Below, piece after piece: positions 61,492 to 64,000 of a stretch of 64,000 nt of DNA. Position 1 is the first letter of the stretch, and each line of letters opens with the position of its first letter. The translations under genes and the position numbers were made by a program. A model generated the notes under the pieces. It worked only from the letters and a program-made list of their open reading frames with translations. It was not told the origin of the DNA and made no database searches. Origin of the DNA: a bacterium (GTDB lineage Bacteria; JAAXHH01); NCBI GenBank assembly GCA_965242885.1, contig CBDETH010000008.1:461537-525536 (forward strand), written 5' to 3'.

Positions 61492-61559
61492 GTCGGGATG
61501 GCAGGCACGCGCATCCGGGCTCTGGCCTCTCTGCTCACGGAGAAGCGTTCGCACAGCCT

Positions 61560-61745
61560 GCAGGCAGGTCTCCTGACTTACGGATCGTCCTACTCCTCAA
61601 GTCTTCCCGCCGGCCACTGGACTAAGCTTTGCCGGCAGTGACGAGTTTGAGTTTCGTCCCCGAACACAGTGGCGGCACCGTGATGGATTCGCACCATCTT
61701 CCCTTTTCAGCGTTCTCGTTCTCCGCCACCTGCGGCTGTATTCGA
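61560..61745 (-). ncRNA. Cobalamin (adenosylcobalamin) riboswitch
   Basis: Minus strand AAAAGGGAA..GGTGCGAATCC..CGGTGCCGCCACTGT..CACTG..GGGAAG and B12 box AAGTCAGGAGACCTGCC, upstream of B12 genes. Confidence 0.93.
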
Positions 61746-61848
61746 TTGTCCTGTTAATTTACGATTTGCTTACATTTATGCAATGCAATTTGTGACCAAT
61801 GTTCGAATTTGCTCCCTGGTGAATGCGGGACGGTTGCGGTTTTACCTA

Positions 61849-61878
61849 TTGACCTCGTACGGCAATGCCGTATATTAT
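61849..61878 (+). promoter_or_regulatory. TA promoter with palindromic operator
   Basis: TTGACC (61849), then TACGGCA-A-TGCCGTA (61858-61872), then a TATATT/TATTAT -10 element. Confidence 0.65.
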
Positions 61879-61882
61879 TTCT

Positions 61883-62197
61883 ATGTACAGCTTTATCGAG
61901 ACCAGGCTCTTTACCCGTCTCGTTCGGGAATACCTGACCGATCATGAGTATGTAGAACTTCAGAATTCCTTGATAACAAATCCTGACTTAGGTGATGTCA
62001 TTCCCGGCTCCGGTGGCATTCGTAAACTACGCTGGCGTTCTCCGGGACGCGGAAAACGCAGCGGATATCGAGTAGTCTATTTTGTAAAGAAAACATCCCA
62101 GACCTTCTGGATGCTGACGATGTATCCTAAAAACGTGAGGGACAACATCGCCACTGATGTCTTGCGCCAGATCCGCAGGGAGGTGGAAGATGAATGA
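61883..62197 (+). CDS. higB: RelE/HigB-family type II toxin
   Basis: FIET..F, NPDLGDVIPGSGGIRKLRW...GRGKRSGYRVVY and YPKN. Confidence 0.85.
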   Translation: MYSFIETRLFTRLVREYLTDHEYVELQNSLITNPDLGDVIPGSGGIRKLRWRSPGRGKRSGYRVVYFVKKTSQTFWMLTMYPKNVRDNIATDVLRQIRREVEDE

Positions 62198-62462
62198 GGT
62201 TAAACGAGATGTTGGTAAGGAGATCTTGGACGGTCTTCAGGAAATCAAACGAGGTAAACATGGCCGGGTAATTAACGTGCCCGATATTACCGGGATTCGA
62301 AAGAAATCGGGATTATCGCAGGTCGAGTTCGCTCGGTTGTTAGGTGTATCGGTTCGCACGCTGCAGGATTGGGAGCAAGGCCGCCGTCGTCCTTCGGGTG
62401 CCGCTCGAACATTGATGATGATCGCGTCGAAGAATCTCCAGGCGGTACTGGACGTGGCGTGA
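62190..62462 (+). CDS. higA: HigA-like XRE HTH antitoxin
   Basis: IRKKSGLSQVEFARLLGVSVRTLQDWEQGRRRPSGAA. Overlaps the toxin 3' end. Confidence 0.85.
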   Translation: MNEVKRDVGKEILDGLQEIKRGKHGRVINVPDITGIRKKSGLSQVEFARLLGVSVRTLQDWEQGRRRPSGAARTLMMIASKNLQAVLDVA

Positions 62463-62531
62463 GGACCGGATACTATTGTACAATTGTACAACTGTCTGAC
62501 CGCGAACGCCCGATAACGTACCGATTACGCT

Positions 62532-63380
62532 TCACGACCAGACGTAGACTTCCGGATCGTCGGGGGAATAACCGATAAAGGTGGCCAGGACGATGCGCGG
62601 CTGGTCGCCCTCCACGGCGGGGACCTCGTGGATGAGGCGGGTGTTGAAGAAGTAGAGATCGCCCTGCTCCAGGTCGACGGTGTAGCTGCTTACGCCGTTG
62701 CGCCGCGCGTATTCGGGGAAGGTATCAGAGGCGATGGACTCCTGCACCTCGGGCGTCCACATGCACCGGTGCAGGATGGCCTGGGTGCTGCGACCCTCGT
62801 GCAGGGCGTTCTGGAAGCAGAGGACCCCGGCGAACTGGTGGCCGAATCGCGTCACGTCGTAGTCGAACCGCTTTTCCCGGAGCGTGACGTGGTCGATGTG
62901 GGGCTTGTACGTATGCCCCCCGTAGTGGATGCGGAAGATGGCCGGGCCGTACTTGCGGCCGTCCGGCTCCCGCGCGGTCATGACCCGCTTCTCTCCCGCG
63001 AGCGTATCCAGCACCCCGTAGAGTAGTTTTACGGGATCCTCATACCCGTTGAACAGGCTCTCGTACAGCATACGCGTTCCGACCGCGTGAGTCAGAAAAG
63101 CCTCCTTGTCGGAACCCCGGTTGGCCAGGCTCGTGCCGATATCGATCCGCGTGCGGCTGTCCTTTTCCGCGGCAACCGGATCGGCTGGATCCCGCATCAA
63201 CCCCCGGTCGATAAACCGCTCGATCAGATCCTGGCAGTGGGCGGGCGAATAGGCCTGCCGGCATATGATGGCGGGGACCCGGCCTTCCGACAGGGCCAGG
63301 AGCGGGTCGCTTTCGGCGGCCAGGATGGACTCCACGTCAGGGCCGAGGGGTTCCCACCGCAGGGTTTCGGTTTCAGTCAT
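62532..63380 (-). CDS. Putative Fe(II)/2-oxoglutarate-dependent oxygenase
   Basis: PHID...GDLYFFN..LIHEV...R facial-triad pattern. Confidence 0.7.
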   Translation of the reverse strand: MTETETLRWEPLGPDVESILAAESDPLLALSEGRVPAIICRQAYSPAHCQDLIERFIDRGLMRDPADPVAAEKDSRTRIDIGTSLANRGSDKEAFLTHAVGTRMLYESLFNGYEDPVKLLYGVLDTLAGEKRVMTAREPDGRKYGPAIFRIHYGGHTYKPHIDHVTLREKRFDYDVTRFGHQFAGVLCFQNALHEGRSTQAILHRCMWTPEVQESIASDTFPEYARRNGVSSYTVDLEQGDLYFFNTRLIHEVPAVEGDQPRIVLATFIGYSPDDPEVYVWS

Positions 63381-63389
63381 GCAAACTCC

Positions 63390-64000
63390 CTACACCCGCA
63401 TCCGCAGCATGGGGTGGGCGAAGGAGACATCGATGTATGCCCCGTCCCGCATGCGCTTCGTGCCGGGTGTCATGTAGTGGATGGCGAAGGCCCGGCGCGG
63501 CCGGTCGGTGACGTTTGCCGGAGTGTGGTGCATGGTCTGGCAGTGGTGGAACATGGCGCCGCCGGCGGGCAGGTCGACCACCGTCGCCCTTTCCGATTCG
63601 GCCTGGTCTCCCAGGTCGAGGAGGGCACCGGTCTCGGCCGACCGTTCGTGGGAGACCAGGAGCCGGTGCGACCCGGGGATCAGGTGCATGGCCCCGTTCG
63701 ACACGTCCACGTCGTCCAGGGTGAGCCAGCAGCTCACCAGGTTGGCGGGGGTGCACTGCCAGTAACCGTTGTCCTGGTGCCAGAAAACGGGACCGCCCTG
63801 CCGGGGCGGCTTGTAAAGGGCCTGGTCGTGGAAAAGCTGGATGTTCGGTCCCAGCAGGGACTCGACGATGTCCAGGATGGGCCCGTGGTAGAGCAGTTTC
63901 CTGAACTCGATGCTGCGCTCGCACATCTGCATGATCTGCAGCATCTGCGTCCGGGCTTTGCGCTTACGCGACTCGTCTTCCGTGTCATCGATGGAGAGGT
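63390..64000 (-). CDS. Phytanoyl-CoA dioxygenase (PhyH) family protein, 5' end outside the window
   Basis: KPP, WHQDNGYW, NGAMHLIPGSH and H.TPAN.TDRPRRA. Confidence 0.88.
   Translation of the reverse strand, partial: LSIDDTEDESRKRKARTQMLQIMQMCERSIEFRKLLYHGPILDIVESLLGPNIQLFHDQALYKPPRQGGPVFWHQDNGYWQCTPANLVSCWLTLDDVDVSNGAMHLIPGSHRLLVSHERSAETGALLDLGDQAESERATVVDLPAGGAMFHHCQTMHHTPANVTDRPRRAFAIHYMTPGTKRMRDGAYIDVSFAHPMLRMRV

Noticed and set aside
62477-62492. Palindrome TTGTACAATTGTACAA after higA
   Set aside because: It lies between convergent genes, I saw no second copy, and its function is unsupported.

Overview
High-GC DNA from a diderm bacterium (TolC, LpxH-like, MlaC-like and Tat-signal genes). 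The gene mix suggests an FCB-affiliated lineage such as Latescibacterota or Gemmatimonadota, but this is inference only. Position 1-18 kb is a minus-strand polymorphic Rhs toxin locus: one full-length ~2370-aa Rhs with a Sec-like signal peptide, then three 5'-truncated orphan rhs cassettes with different C-terminal toxin tips, low-GC putative immunity genes and an IS3 remnant. Next comes a double-length uvrA. A ~13.5-kb minus-strand cluster follows, headed by blaI and an unusual M56 peptidase with a beta-barrel-like C-terminus. It encodes an IPCT/DIPPS-like enzyme, a methyltransferase, a flippase, a second CDP-alcohol phosphotransferase, TolC, DUF3047, an MlaC-like protein, a phosphodiesterase and a radical SAM enzyme. 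The rest is mostly housekeeping (lpxH-like, dipeptide epimerase, site-2 protease, tRNA nucleotidyltransferase, ferredoxin, purU, korAB, rel/spoT). It also holds a collagen/Ig lipoprotein, a cobalamin-riboswitch-controlled corrinoid salvage operon, a HigBA toxin-antitoxin pair and two Fe(II)/2OG dioxygenases. All assignments come from motif recognition by eye; no database searches were run.
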